This document shows positions 46,001-60,100 of a stretch of DNA of 64,000 bases, piece after piece; position 1 is the stretch's first letter, and every line of letters starts with the position of its first letter. The notes under the pieces are model-generated. The model was not told the DNA's origin, did no database searches, and saw nothing but the letters and a program-made list of their open reading frames with translations. The stretch comes from Eledone cirrhosa. Taxonomy: Eukaryota. Made by a program: the position numbers and the translations under genes. The DNA lies in NCBI GenBank assembly GCA_964016885.1, contig OZ024741.1, positions 401,388,001 to 401,452,000 of the forward strand, written 5' to 3'.

Positions 46001-47457
46001 GTTCAATAGTTTGATGACAACCCATAACCCCAGTTCAATAGTTTGACAACAACCCATAGCCCTAGTTCAATAGTTTAATGACATCCCATGACGCCAGTTC
46101 AAAATTTTAATGACATCCCATAACCCTGTTCAATAGTTTGATAACATCTCATAACCCTAGTTCAATAGATTGACATCATCACATAACCCCAGTTCAATAG
46201 TTAAATGACATCCCATAACCCCAGTTAAAAAGTTTGATAACATCCCATAACCCCAGTTCAATAGTTTAATGACATCAAATGACCCCAGTTCAATAGTTTA
46301 ATGACATCCCATGACCCCAGTTCAATAGTTTGACAACATCCCATAACCCTCGTTCAATAGTTTTATGACATCCCATAACCCCAGTTCAATAGTTTGACAA
46401 CATCCCACAACCCTAGTTCAATAGGTTAATGACATCCCATGACCCCAGTTCAATAGTTTGACAACATCACATGACCCCAGTTCAATAGTTTGACAACAAC
46501 CCATAGCCCTAGTTCAATAGTTTAATGACATCCCATGACGCCAATTCAAAATTTTAATGACATCCCATAACCCTGTTCAATAGTTTGATGAAAACCCACA
46601 ACCCCAGTTCAATAGTTTGACAACAACCCATAGCCCTAGTTCAATAGTTTAATGACATCCCATGACGCCAGTTCAAAATTTTAATGACATCCTATAACCC
46701 TGTTCAATAGTTTGACTACATCCCATGACCCCAGTTCAATAGTTTAATCACATCCCATAACCCCAGTTCAATAGTTTGACAACATTACATGACCCCTGTT
46801 CAATAGTTTTATGACATCCCATAACCCCAGGTCAATAGTTTGACAACATTCCATGACCCTAGTTCAATAGTTTAATGACATCCCATGACCCCTGTTCAAT
46901 AGTTTAATGACATCCCATGACCCCAGTTCAATAGTTTGACAACATCCCATGACCCCTGTTCAATAGTTTGATGAAATCCCATGAACCCAGTTTAATAGTT
47001 TTGACAACATCCCATAACACTAGTTCAATATTTTAATGACACCCCATGACACCAGTTCAATAGTTTGACAACATCACATGACCCCAGTTTAATAGTTTGA
47101 TTACATCCCATGACCCCAGTTCAATAGTTTGATGACATCACATGATCCAAGTTCAATAGTTGGACAGCATCCAATGACCCCAGTTCAATAGTTTGAGAAC
47201 ATCCCATAACTCTAGTTCAATAGTTTTATGACATCCCATAACCCCAGTTCAATAGTTTGACAACATCCCACAACCCTAGTTCAATAGGTTAATGACATCC
47301 CATGACCCCAGTTCAATAGTTTGACAACATCACATGACTCCAGTTCAACAGTTTGAGAACATCACATGACCCCAGTTCAATAGTTTGACAACATCACATG
47401 ACCCCAGTTCAATAGTTTGATGAAAACCCATAACCCCAGTTCAATAGTTTGACAACA
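39889..47457. repeat. Tandem duplication of a ~3.8-kb (~119-monomer) block
   Basis: ACCACTGTT 39921/43725, CGCATGACGACAG 40171/43975, CGTTCAAT 42547/46351 (offset 3804). The offset falls to 3740 after a 64-bp deletion near 46870. Confidence 0.9.
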
Positions 47458-50400
47458 ACACATAGCCCTAGTTCAATAGTTTAATGACATCCCATGACGC
47501 CAGTTCTAAATTTTAATGACATCCCATAACCCTGTTCAATAGTTTGATAACATCCCATAACCCTAGTTCAATAGATTGACATCATCACATAACCCCAGTT
47601 CAATAGTTAAATGACATCCCATAACCCCAGTTAAAAAGTTTGACAACATCCCATAACCCCAGTTCAATAGTTTAATGACATCAAATGACCCCAGTTAAAA
47701 AGTTTGACAACATCCCATAACCCCAGTTCAATAGTTTAATGACATCAAATGACCCCAGTTCAATAGTTTAATGACATCCCATGACCCCAGATCAATAGTT
47801 TGACAACATCCCATAACCCTAGTTCAATAGTTTTATGACATCCCATAACCCCAGTTCAATAGTTTGACAACAACCCACAACCCCAGTTCAATAGTTTGAT
47901 AACATCCCATGACCCCAGTTCAATAGTTTAATTACATCCCATAACCCCAGTTCAATAGTTTGATGACATCCCATGACTCCAGTCGAATAGTTTAATGACA
48001 TCCCATAACTCCAGTTCAATAGTTTGACAACATCCCATAACCCTAGTTCAATAGTTAATGACACCCCATGACCTCAGTTCAATAGTTTGACAACATCACA
48101 TGACCCTTGTTCAATAGTTTGATGACATCCCATAACCCCAGTTCAATAATTTAATGACATGCCATAACCCCAGTTCAATAGTTTAATGACATGCCATGAC
48201 CCCAGTTCAATAGTTTGACAACATCCCATAACCCTAGTTCAATAGTTTAATGACATCCCATGAGCCCAATTCAATAGTTTGACAACATCCCATGACCCCA
48301 GTTCAATAGTTTAATGACATCCTATGACCCCAGTTCAATAGTTTGAAAACATCCCATGACCCCTGTTCAATAGTTTGATGACATCGCATGAGCCCAGTTC
48401 AATGGTTTGACAACATCCCATGACCCCTGTTCAATAGTTTGATGACAACCCATAACCCCAGTTCAATAGTTTAACAACAACCCATAGCTCTAGTTCAATA
48501 GTTTAATGACATCCCATGACGCCAGTTCAAAAATTTAATGACATCCGATAACCCTGTTCAATAGTTTGATAACATCCCATAACCCTAGTTCAGTAGATTG
48601 ACATCATCCCATAACCCCAGTTCAATAGTTAAATGACATCCCATAACTCCAGTTCAATAGTTTGACTACATCCCATGACCCCAGTTCAATAGTTTAATGA
48701 CATCCCATGAAATCAGTTCAATAGTTTTACAACATCATATGACCCCAGTTCAATAGTTGGACATCATCCCATGACCCCAGTTCAATAGTTTAATGACATC
48801 CCATGACCCCAGTTCAATAGTTTGAAAACATCGCATGACAACAGATCAATAATTTGACAACATCCCATAACCCTGGTTCGATAGTTTAATGACATCCCAT
48901 GACCCCGGTTCAATAGTTTGACAACATCCCATAACCCTAGTTCAATAGTTTGTTGACATCCCATAAGCCCAGTTCAATAGTTTGACAACATCCCACAACC
49001 CTAGTTCAATAGGTTAATGACATCCCATGACCCCAGATCAATAGTTTCACATCACATGACTCCAGTTCAAAGTTTGACAACATCACATGACCCCAGTTCA
49101 ATAGTTTAATGACACCACATGACCCCAGTCCAATAGTTTGATGACATACCATAACCCCAGTTCAATAGTTTGATGACATCCCACAACCCCAGTTCAATTG
49201 TTTAATGAGATCCCATGACCCCAGTTCAATAGTTTAAGGACATCTCATGACCCCAGTTCAATAGTGTGACAAGATCCATTGACCCCTGTTCAATAGTTTG
49301 ACAACATCCCATAACCCTAGTTTAATAGTTGAATGACATCCCATGACCCCAGTTTAATTGTTTGACAACATCACATGACCCCAGTTCAATAGTTTGATGA
49401 CATCCCATAACCCCAGATTAATAGTTTGATAACATCCCATAACCCTAGTTCAATAGTTTAATGACATCCCATGACCCCAGTTTAATTGTTTGACAACATC
49501 ACATGACCCCAGTTCAATAGTTTGATGACATCCCATAACCCCAGTTTAATAGTTTGATAACATCCCATAACCCCAGTTGAATAGTTTAATGACATCCCAT
49601 GACTACAGTTCGATAGTTTAATGACATCCCATGACAACTGTTCAATAGTTTATTGACATCCCATGAGCCCAGTTCAATAGTGTGACAAGATCCATTGACC
49701 CCTGTTCAATAGTTTAATGACATCCCATAACCCCAGTTCAATAGTTTGACAACATTACATGACCCCTGTTCAATAGTTTGATGACATCCCATAACCCCAG
49801 TTCAATATTTCGATAACATCCCATGACCCCAGTTCAATAGTTTAATTACATCCCATAACCCCAGTTCAATAGTTTGACAACATCCCATAACCCCAGTTCA
49901 ATAGTTTAAATACATCACATAACCCCAGTTCAATAGTTTGACAACATCCCACAACCCTAGTTCAATAGGTTAATGACATACCATGACCCCAGTTCAATAG
50001 TTTGACAACATCACATGACTCCAGTTCAATAGTTTGACAACATCCCATAACCCTAGTTCAATATTTTAATGACATCCCATGACACCATTTCAATAGATTG
50101 ACAACATCACATGACCCCAGTTCAATAGTTTAACAACATCAAATGACCCCTGTAGAATAGTTTGATGAGATCCCATAACCCCAGTTCAATAGTTTGACAA
50201 CATCCCATGACCCCTGTTCAATAGATTTATGACATCCCATGAATCCAGTTTAATAGTTTGATGACATACCATAACCCCAGTTCAATAGTTTGATGACATC
50301 CCACAACCCCAGTTCAATTGTTTAATGAGATTCCATGACCCCAGTTCAATAGTTTAATTACATCCCATGACCCCAGTTCAATAGTTTAATGACATCCCAT

Positions 50401-53400
50401 GACACCAGTTCAATAGTTTGACAACATCCCATAACCCTAGTTCGATAGTTTAATGACATCCCATGACCCCAGTTCAATAGTTTGACAACATCCCATAACC
50501 CTAGTACAATGGTTTGATGACATCCCATAAACCCAGTTCAATAGTTTGACAACATCCCACAACCCTAGTTCAATAGGTTAATGACATCCCATGACCCCAG
50601 TTCAATAGTTTGACAACATCACATGACTCCAGTTCAATAGTTTGACAACATCACATGACCCCAGTCCAATAGTTTGATGACATCCCACAACCTAGTTCAA
50701 TTGTTTAATGAGATCCCATGACCCCAGTTTAATTGTTTGACAACATCACATGACCCCAGTTCAATAGTTTGATGACATCCCATAACCCCAGATTAATAGT
50801 TTGATAACATCCCATATCCCTAGTTCAATAGTTTAATGACATCCCATGACCCCAGTTTAATTGTTTGACAACATCACATGACCCCAGTTCAATAGTTTGA
50901 TGACATCCCATAACCCCAGATTAATAGTTTGATAACATCCCATAACCCTAGTTCAATAGTTTAATGACATCCCATGACCCCAGTTTAATTGTTTGACAAC
51001 ATCACATGACCCCAGTTCAATAGTTTGATGACATCCCATAACCCCAGTTTAATAGTTTGATAACATCCCATAACCCCAGTTGAATAGTTTAATGACATCC
51101 CATGACTACAGTTCGATAGTTTAATGACATCCCATGACACCTGTTCAATAGTTTATTGACATCCCATGAGCCCAGTTCAATAGTGTGACAAGATCCATTG
51201 ACCCCTGTTCAATAGTTTAATGACATCCCATAACCCCAGTTCAATAGTTTGACAACATTACATGACCCCTGTTCAATAGTTTGATGACATCCCATAACCC
51301 CAGTTCAATAGTTCGATAACATCCCATGACCCCAGTTCAATAGTTTAATTACATCCCATAACCCCAGTTCAATAGTTTGACAACATCCCATAACCCCAGT
51401 TCAATAGTTCGATAACATCCCATGATCCCAGTTCAATAGTTTTATGACATCCCATAACCCCAGTTCAATAGTTTGACAACATCCCACAACCCTAGTTCAA
51501 TAGGTTAATGACATCCCATGACCCCAGTTCAATAGTTTGACAACATCACATGACCCCAGTTCAATAGTTTGACAACAACCCATAGCCCTAGTTCAATAGT
51601 TTAATGACATCCCATGACGCCAATTCAAAATTTTAATGACATCCCATAACCCTGTTCAATAGTTTGATGAAAACCCACAACCCCAGTTCAATAGTTTGAC
51701 AACAACCCATAGCCCTAGTTCAATAGTTTAATGACATCCCATGACGCCAGTTCAAAATTTTAATGACATCCTATAACCCTGTTCAATAGTTTGACTACAT
51801 CCCATGACCCCAGTTCAATAGTTTAATCACATCCCATAACCCCAGTTCAATAGTTTGACAACATTACATGACCCCTGTTCAATAGATTTATGACATCCCA
51901 TAACCCCAGGTCAATAGTTTGACAACATTCCATGACCCTAGTTCAATAGTTTAATTACATCCCATAACCCCAGTTCAATAGTTTGACAACATCCCATGAC
52001 CCCAGTTCAATAGTTTAATGACATCCCATGACCCCTGTTCAATAGTTTAATGACATCCCATGACCCCAGTTCAATAGTTTGACAACATCCCATGACCCCT
52101 GTTCAATAGTTTGATGAAATCCCATGAACCCAGTTTAATAGTTTTGACAACATCCCATAACACTAGTTCAATATTTTAATGACACCCCATGACACCAGTT
52201 CAATAGTTTGACAACATCACATGACCCCAGTTTAATAGTTTGATTACATCCCATGACCCCAGTTCAATAGTTTGATGACATCACATGATCCAAGTTCAAT
52301 AGTTGGACAGCATCCAATGACCCCAGTTCAATAGTTTGAGAACATCCCATAACTCTAGTTCAATAGTTTTATGACATCCCATAACCCCAGTTCAATAGTT
52401 TGACAACATCCCACAACCCTAGTTCAATAGGTTAATGACATCCCATGACCCCAGTTCAATAGTTTGACAACATCACATGACTCCAGTTCAACAATTTGAG
52501 AACATCACATGAACCCAGTTCAATAGTTTGACAACATCACATGACCCCAGTTCAATAGTTTGATGAAAAGCCATAACCCCAGTTCAATAGTTTGACAACA
52601 ACACATAGCCCTAGTTCAATAGTTTAATGACATCCCATGACGCCAGTTCTAAATTTTAATGACATCCCATAACCCTGTTCAATAGTTTGATAACATCCCA
52701 TAACCCTAGTTCAATAGATTGACATCATCACATAACCCCAGTTCAATAGTTAAATGACATCCCATAACCCCAGTTAAAAAGTTTGACAACATCCCATAAC
52801 CCCAGTTCAATAGTTTAATGACATCAAATGACCCCAGTTAAAAAGTTTGACAACATCCCATAACCCCAGTTCAATAGTTTAATGACATCAAATGACCCCA
52901 GTTCAATAGTTTAATGACATCCCATGACCCCAGTTCAATAGTTTGACAACATCCCATAACCCTAGTTCAATAGTTTTATGACATCCCATAACCCCAGTTC
53001 AATAGTTTGACAACAACCCACAACCCCAGTTCAATAGTTTGATAACATCCCATGACCCCAGTTCAATAGTTTAATTACATCCCATAACCCCAGTTCAATA
53101 GTTTGATGACATCCCATGACTCCAGTCGAATAGTTTAATGACATCCCATAACTCCAGTTCAATAGTTTGACAACATCCCATAACCCTAGTTCAATAGTTA
53201 ATGACACCCCATGACCTCAGTTCAATAGTTTGACAACATCACATGACCCTTGTTCAATAGTTTGATGACATCCCATAACCCCAGTTCAATAATTTAATGA
53301 CATGCCATAACCCCAGTTCAATAGTTTAATGACATGCCATGACCCCAGTTCAATAGTTTGACAACATCCCATAACCCTAGTTCAATAGTTTAATGACATC

Positions 53401-56400
53401 CCATGAGCCCAATTCAATAGTTTGACAACATCCCATGACCCCAGTTCAATAGTTTAATGACATCCTATGACCCCAGTTCAATAGTTTGAAAACATCCCAT
53501 GACCCCTGTTCAATAGTTTGATGACATCGCATGAGCCCAGTTCAATGGTTTGACAACATCCCATGACCCCTGTTCAATAGTTTGATGACAACCCATAACC
53601 CCAGTTCAATAGTTTAACAACAACCCATAGCTCTAGTTCAATAGTTTAATGACATCCCATGACGCCAGTTCAAAAATTTAATGACATCCGATAACCCTGT
53701 TCAATAGTTTGATAACATCCCATAACCCTAGTTCAGTAGATTGACATCATCCCATAACCCCAGTTCAATAGTTAAATGACATCCCATAACTCCAGTTCAA
53801 TAGTTTGACTACATCCCATGACCCCAGTTCAATAGTTTAATGACATCCCATGAAATCAGTTCAATAGTTTTACAACATCATATGACCCCAGTTCAATAGT
53901 TGGACATCATCCCATGACCCCAGTTCAATAGTTTAATGACATCCCATGACCCCAGTTCAATAGTTTGAAAACATCGCATGACAACAGTTCAATAATTTGA
54001 CAACATCCCATAACCCTGGTTCGATAGTTTAATGACATCCCATGACCCCGGTTCAATAGTTTGACAACATCCCATAACCCTAGTTCAATAGTTTGTTGAC
54101 ATCCCATAAGCCCAGTTCAATAGTTTGACAACATCCCACAACCCTAGTTCAATAGGTTAATGACATCCCATGACCCCAGATCAATAGTTTCACATCACAT
54201 GACTCCAGTTCAATAGTTTGACAACATCACATGACCCCAGTTCAATAGTTTAATGACACCACATGACCCCAGTCCAATAGTTTGATGACATACCATAACC
54301 CCAGTTCAATAGTTTGATGACATCCCACAACCCCAGTTCAATTGTTTAATGAGATCCCATGACCCCAGTTCAATAGTTTAAGGACATCTCATGACCCCAG
54401 TTCAATAGTGTGACAAGATCCATTGACCCCTGTTCAATAGTTTGACAACATCCCATAACCCTAGTTTAATAGTTGAATGACATCCCATGACCCCAGTTTA
54501 ATTGTTTGACAACATCACATGACCCCAGTTCAATAGTTTGATGACATCCCATAACCCCAGATTAATAGTTTGATAACATCCCATAACCCTAGTTCAATAG
54601 TTTAATGACATCCCATGACCCCAGTTTAATTGTTTGACAACATCACATGACCCCAGTTCAATAGTTTGATGACATCCCATAACCCCAGTTTAATAGTTTG
54701 ATAACATCCCATAACCCCAGTTGAATAGTTTAATGACATCCCATGACTACAGTTCGATAGTTTAATGACATCCCATGACAACTGTTCAATAGTTTATTGA
54801 CATCCCATGAGCCCAGTTCAATAGTGTGACAAGATCCATTGACCCCTGTTCAATAGTTTAATGACATCCCATAACCCCAGTTCAATAGTTTGACAACATT
54901 ACATGACCCCTGTTCAATAGTTTGATGACATCCCATAACCCCAGTTCAATATTTCGATAACATCCCATGACCCCAGTTCAATAGTTTAATTACATCCCAT
55001 AACCCCAGTTCAATAGTTTGACAACATCCCATAACCCCAGTTCAATAGTTCGATAACATCCCATGACCCCAGTTCAATAGTTTAAATACATCACATAACC
55101 CCAGTTCAATAGTTTGACAACATCCCACAACCCTAGTTCAATAGGTTAATGACATACCATGACCCCAGTTCAATAGTTTGACAACATCACATGACTCCAG
55201 TTCAATAGTTTGACAACATCCCATAACCCTAGTTCAATATTTTAATGACATCCCATGACACCATTTCAATAGATTGACAACATCACATGACCCCAGTTCA
55301 ATAGTTTAACAACATCAAATGACCCCTGTAGAATAGTTTGATGAGATCCCATAACCCCAGTTCAATAGTTTGACAACATCCCATGACCCCTGTTCAATAG
55401 ATTTATGACATCCCATGAATCCAGTTTAATAGTTTGATGACATACCATAACCCCAGTTCAATAGTTTGATGACATCCCACAACCCCAGTTCAATTGTTTA
55501 ATGAGATTCCATGACCCCAGTTCAATAGTTTAATTACATCCCATGACCCCAGTTCAATAGTTTAATGACATCCCATGACACCAGTTCAATAGTTTGACAA
55601 CATCCCATAACCCTAGTTCGATAGTTTAATGACATCCCATGACCCCAGTTCAATAGTTTGACAACATCCCATAACCCTAGTACAATGGTTTGATGACATC
55701 CCATAAACCCAGTTCAATAGTTTGACAACATCCCACAACCCTAGTTCAATAGGTTAATGACATCCCATGACCCCAGTTCAATAGTTTGACAACATCACAT
55801 GACTCCAGTTCAATAGTTTGACAACATCACATGACCCCAGTCCAATAGTTTGATGACATCCCACAACCTAGTTCAATTGTTTAATGAGATCCCATGACCC
55901 CAGTTTAATTGTTTGACAACATCACATGACCCCAGTTCAATAGTTTGATGACATCCCATAACCCCAGATTAATAGTTTGATAACATCCCATAACCCTAGT
56001 TCAATAGTTTAATGACATCCCATGACCCCAGTTTAATTGTTTGACAACATCACATGACCCCAGTTCAATAGTTTGATGACATCCCATAACCCCAGTTTAA
56101 TAGTTTGATAACATCCCATAACCCCAGTTGAATAGTTTAATGACATCCCATGACTACAGTTCGATAGTTTAATGACATCCCATGACACCTGTTCAATAGT
56201 TTATTGACATCCCATGAGCCCAGTTCAATAGTGTGACAAGATCCATTGACCCCTGTTCAATAGTTTAATGACATCCCATAACCCCAGTTCAATAGTTTGA
56301 CAACATTACATGACCCCTGTTCAATAGTTTGATGACATCCCATAACCCCAGTTCAATAGTTCGATAACATCCCATGACCCCAGTTCAATAGTTTAATTAC

Positions 56401-56480
56401 ATCCCATAACCCCAGTTCAATAGTTTGACAACATCCCATAACCCCAGTTCAATAGTTCGATAACATCCCATGACCCCAGT
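46350..56480. repeat. Tandem duplication of a ~5.1-kb (~160-monomer) block
   Basis: TTTTATGAC 46361/51440, GTCGAATAG 47982/53125, TGTAGAATAG 50151/55327, GACTACAGTTCG 51104/56152. Near-identical ORFs lie at 48782/53925. Confidence 0.9.
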
Positions 56481-57129
56481 TCAATAGTTTAATTACATCC
56501 CATAACCCCAGTTCAATAGTTTGACAACATCCCACAACCCTAGTTCAATAGGTTAATGACATACCATGACCCCAGTTCAATAGTTTGACAACATCACATG
56601 ACTCCAGTTCAATAGTTTGACAACATCCCATAACCCTAGTTCAATATTTTAATGACATCCCATGACACCAGTTCAATAGTTTGACAACATCCCATAACCC
56701 TAGTTCAATAGTTTAATGACATCCCATGACGCCATTTCAATAGATTGACAACATCACATGACCCCAGTTCAATAGTTTAACAACATCAAATGACCCCTGT
56801 ACAATAGTTTGATGAGATCCCATAACCCCAGTTCAATAGTTTGACAACATCCCATGACCCCTGTTCAATAGATTTATGACATCCCATGAATCCAGTTTAA
56901 TAGTTTGATGACATACCATAACCCCAGTTCAATAGTTTGATGACATCCCACAACGCCAGTTCAATTGTTTAATGAGATTCCATGACCCCAGTTCAATAGT
57001 TTAATTACATCCCATGACCCCAGTTCAATAGTTTAATGACATCCCATGACACCAGTTCAATAGTTTGACAACATCCCATAACCCTAGTTCAATAGTTTAA
57101 TGACATCCCATGATGTCATTTCAATAGTT

Positions 57130-60100
57130 TGACAACATCAGATGACCCCAGTTCAATAGTTGGACAGCATCCCATGACCTCAGTTCAATAGTTTAATGAC
57201 ATCCCATGACCCCAGTTCAATAGTTTGAAAACATCGCATGACAACAGTTCAATAATTTGACAACATCCCATAACCCTAGTTCGATAGTTTAATGACATCC
57301 CATGACCCCAGTTCAATAGTTTGACAACATCCCATAACCCTAGTACAATGGTTTGATGACATCCCATAAACCCAGTTCAATAGTTTGACAACATCCCACA
57401 ACTCTAGTTCAATAGGTTAATGACATCCCATGACCCCAGTTCAATAGTTTGACAACATCACATGACTCCAGTTCAATAGTTTGACAACATCACATGACCC
57501 CAGTTCAATAGTTTAATGACATCACATGACCCCAGTCCAATAGTTTGATGACATCCCACAACCCAGTTCAATTGTTTAATGAGATCCCATGACCCCAGTT
57601 CATTAGTTTAATTACATCCCATGACCCAGTTCAATAGTTTAAGGACATCTCATGACCCCAGTTCAATAGTTTGATGACATCCCATTACCCAAGTTCAATA
57701 GTTTGACAACATCACATGATCCCTGTTAAATAGTTTCATGACATCCCATAACCCCAGGTCAATAGTTTGACAACATCCCATAAACCTAGTTCAATAGTTT
57801 AATGACATCCCGTGACCCCAGTTCAATAGTTTGCCAACATCACATAACCCCAGTTCAATAGTTTGACAACATCCCATAGCCCTAGGTCAATAGTTTAATG
57901 ACATCCCATGAACCCAGTTCAATAGTTTGACAACATCCCATAACCCTAGTTTAATAGTTTAATGACATACCATGAACCCAGTTCAATAGTTTGACAACAT
58001 CACATGACCCCAGTGCAATAGTTTGATAACATCCCATAACCCTAGTTCAATAGTTTAATGACATCCCATAACTCCAGTTCAATAGTTATTGAGAACCCAT
58101 GACCCCAGTTCAATAGTTTAACGACATCCCATTACACCTGTTCTATAGTTTAATGACATCACATGACCCCAGTTCGATAGTTTGACAACATCCCATGACC
58201 CCTCTTCAATAGTTTGATGACATCCTATGAGCCCAGTTCAATGGTTTAATGACATCCCATAACTCCATTTCAATAGTTTAATGACATCCCATGACCCCAG
58301 TTCAATATTTTAATGACATCCCATGACCCCAGTTCAATAGTTTAATGCCATCCCATGACCCCGGTTCAATAGTTTGATGACATCCCATGACCCCAGTTCA
58401 ATAATTTAATGACATCCCATAACTCCAGTTCAATAGTTTGACAACATCCCATAACCCTAGTTCAATAGTTAATGACACGCCATGACCTCAGTTCAATAGT
58501 TTGACAACATCACATGACCCCTGTTCAGTAGTTTAATGACATGCCATAACCCCAGTTCAATAGTTTAATGACATGCCATGACCCCAGTTCAATAGTTTGA
58601 CAACATCCCATAACCCTAGTTCAATAGTTTAATGACATCCCATTACACCTGTTCTATAGTTTAATGACATCACATGACCCCAGTTCAATAGTTTGACAAC
58701 ATCCCATGACCCCTGTTCAATAGTTTGATGACATCCCATGAGCCCAGTTCAATGTTTTAATGACATCCCATAACTCCATTTCAATAGTTTAATGACATCC
58801 CATGACCCCAGTTCAATATTTTAATGACATCGCATGACCCCTGTTCAATAGTTTAATGCCATCGCATGACCCCGGTTCAATAGTTTGATGGCATCCCATG
58901 ACCCCAGTTCAATAGTTTAATGACATCCCATAACTCCAGTTCAATAGTTTGACAACATCCCATAACCCTAGTTCAATAGTTAATGACACCCCATGACCTC
59001 AGTTCAATAGTTTGACAACATCACATGACCCTTGTTCAATAGTTTGATGACATCCCATAACCCCAGTTCAATAGTTTAATTACATGCCATAACCCCAGTG
59101 CAATAGTTTAATGACATGCCATGACCCCAGTTCAATTGTTTGACAACATCCCATAACCCTAGTTCAATAGTTTAATGACATCCCATGAGCCCAATTAAAT
59201 AGTTTGACAACATCCCATGACCCCAGTTCAATAGTTTAATGACATCCTATGACCCCAGTTCAATAGTTTGACAACATCCCATGACCCCTGTTCAATAGTT
59301 TGATGACATCGCATGAGCCCAGTTCGATGGTTTGACAACATCCCATGACCCCTGTTCAATAGTTTGATGACAACCCATAGCCCTAGTTCAATAGTTTAAT
59401 GACATCCGATGACGCCAGTTAAAAGGTTTAATGATATCCCATAACCCTGTTCAATAGTTTGATAACATCCCATAACCCTAGTTCAATAGATTGACATCAT
59501 CCCATAACCCCAGATCAATAGTTAAATGACATCCCATAACTCCAGTTCAATAGTTTGACTACATCCCATGATCCCAGTTCAATAGTTTAATGACATCCTA
59601 TGAAATCAGTTCAATAGTTTTACAACATCACATGACCCCAGTTCAATAGTTGGACAGCATCCCATGACCCCAGTTCAATAGTTTAGTGACAACCCATGAC
59701 CCCAGTTCAATAGTTTGAAAACATCGCATGACAACAGTTCAATAATTTGACAACATCCCATAACCCTAGTTCGATAGTTTAATGACATCCCATGACCCCA
59801 GTTCAATAGTTTGACAACATCCCATAACCCTAGTTTAATAGTTTGTTGACATCCCATAAACCCAGTTCAATAGTTTGACATCATCCCACAACCCTAGTTC
59901 AATAGGTTAATGACATCCCATGACCCCAGTTCAATAGTTTCACAACATCACATGACTGCAGTTCAATAGTTTGACAACATCACATGACCCCAGTTCAATA
60001 GTTTAATGACACCACATGACCCCAGTCCAATAGTTTGATGACATACCATAACCCCAGTTCAATAGTTTGATGACATCCCACAACCCCAGTTCAATTGTTT

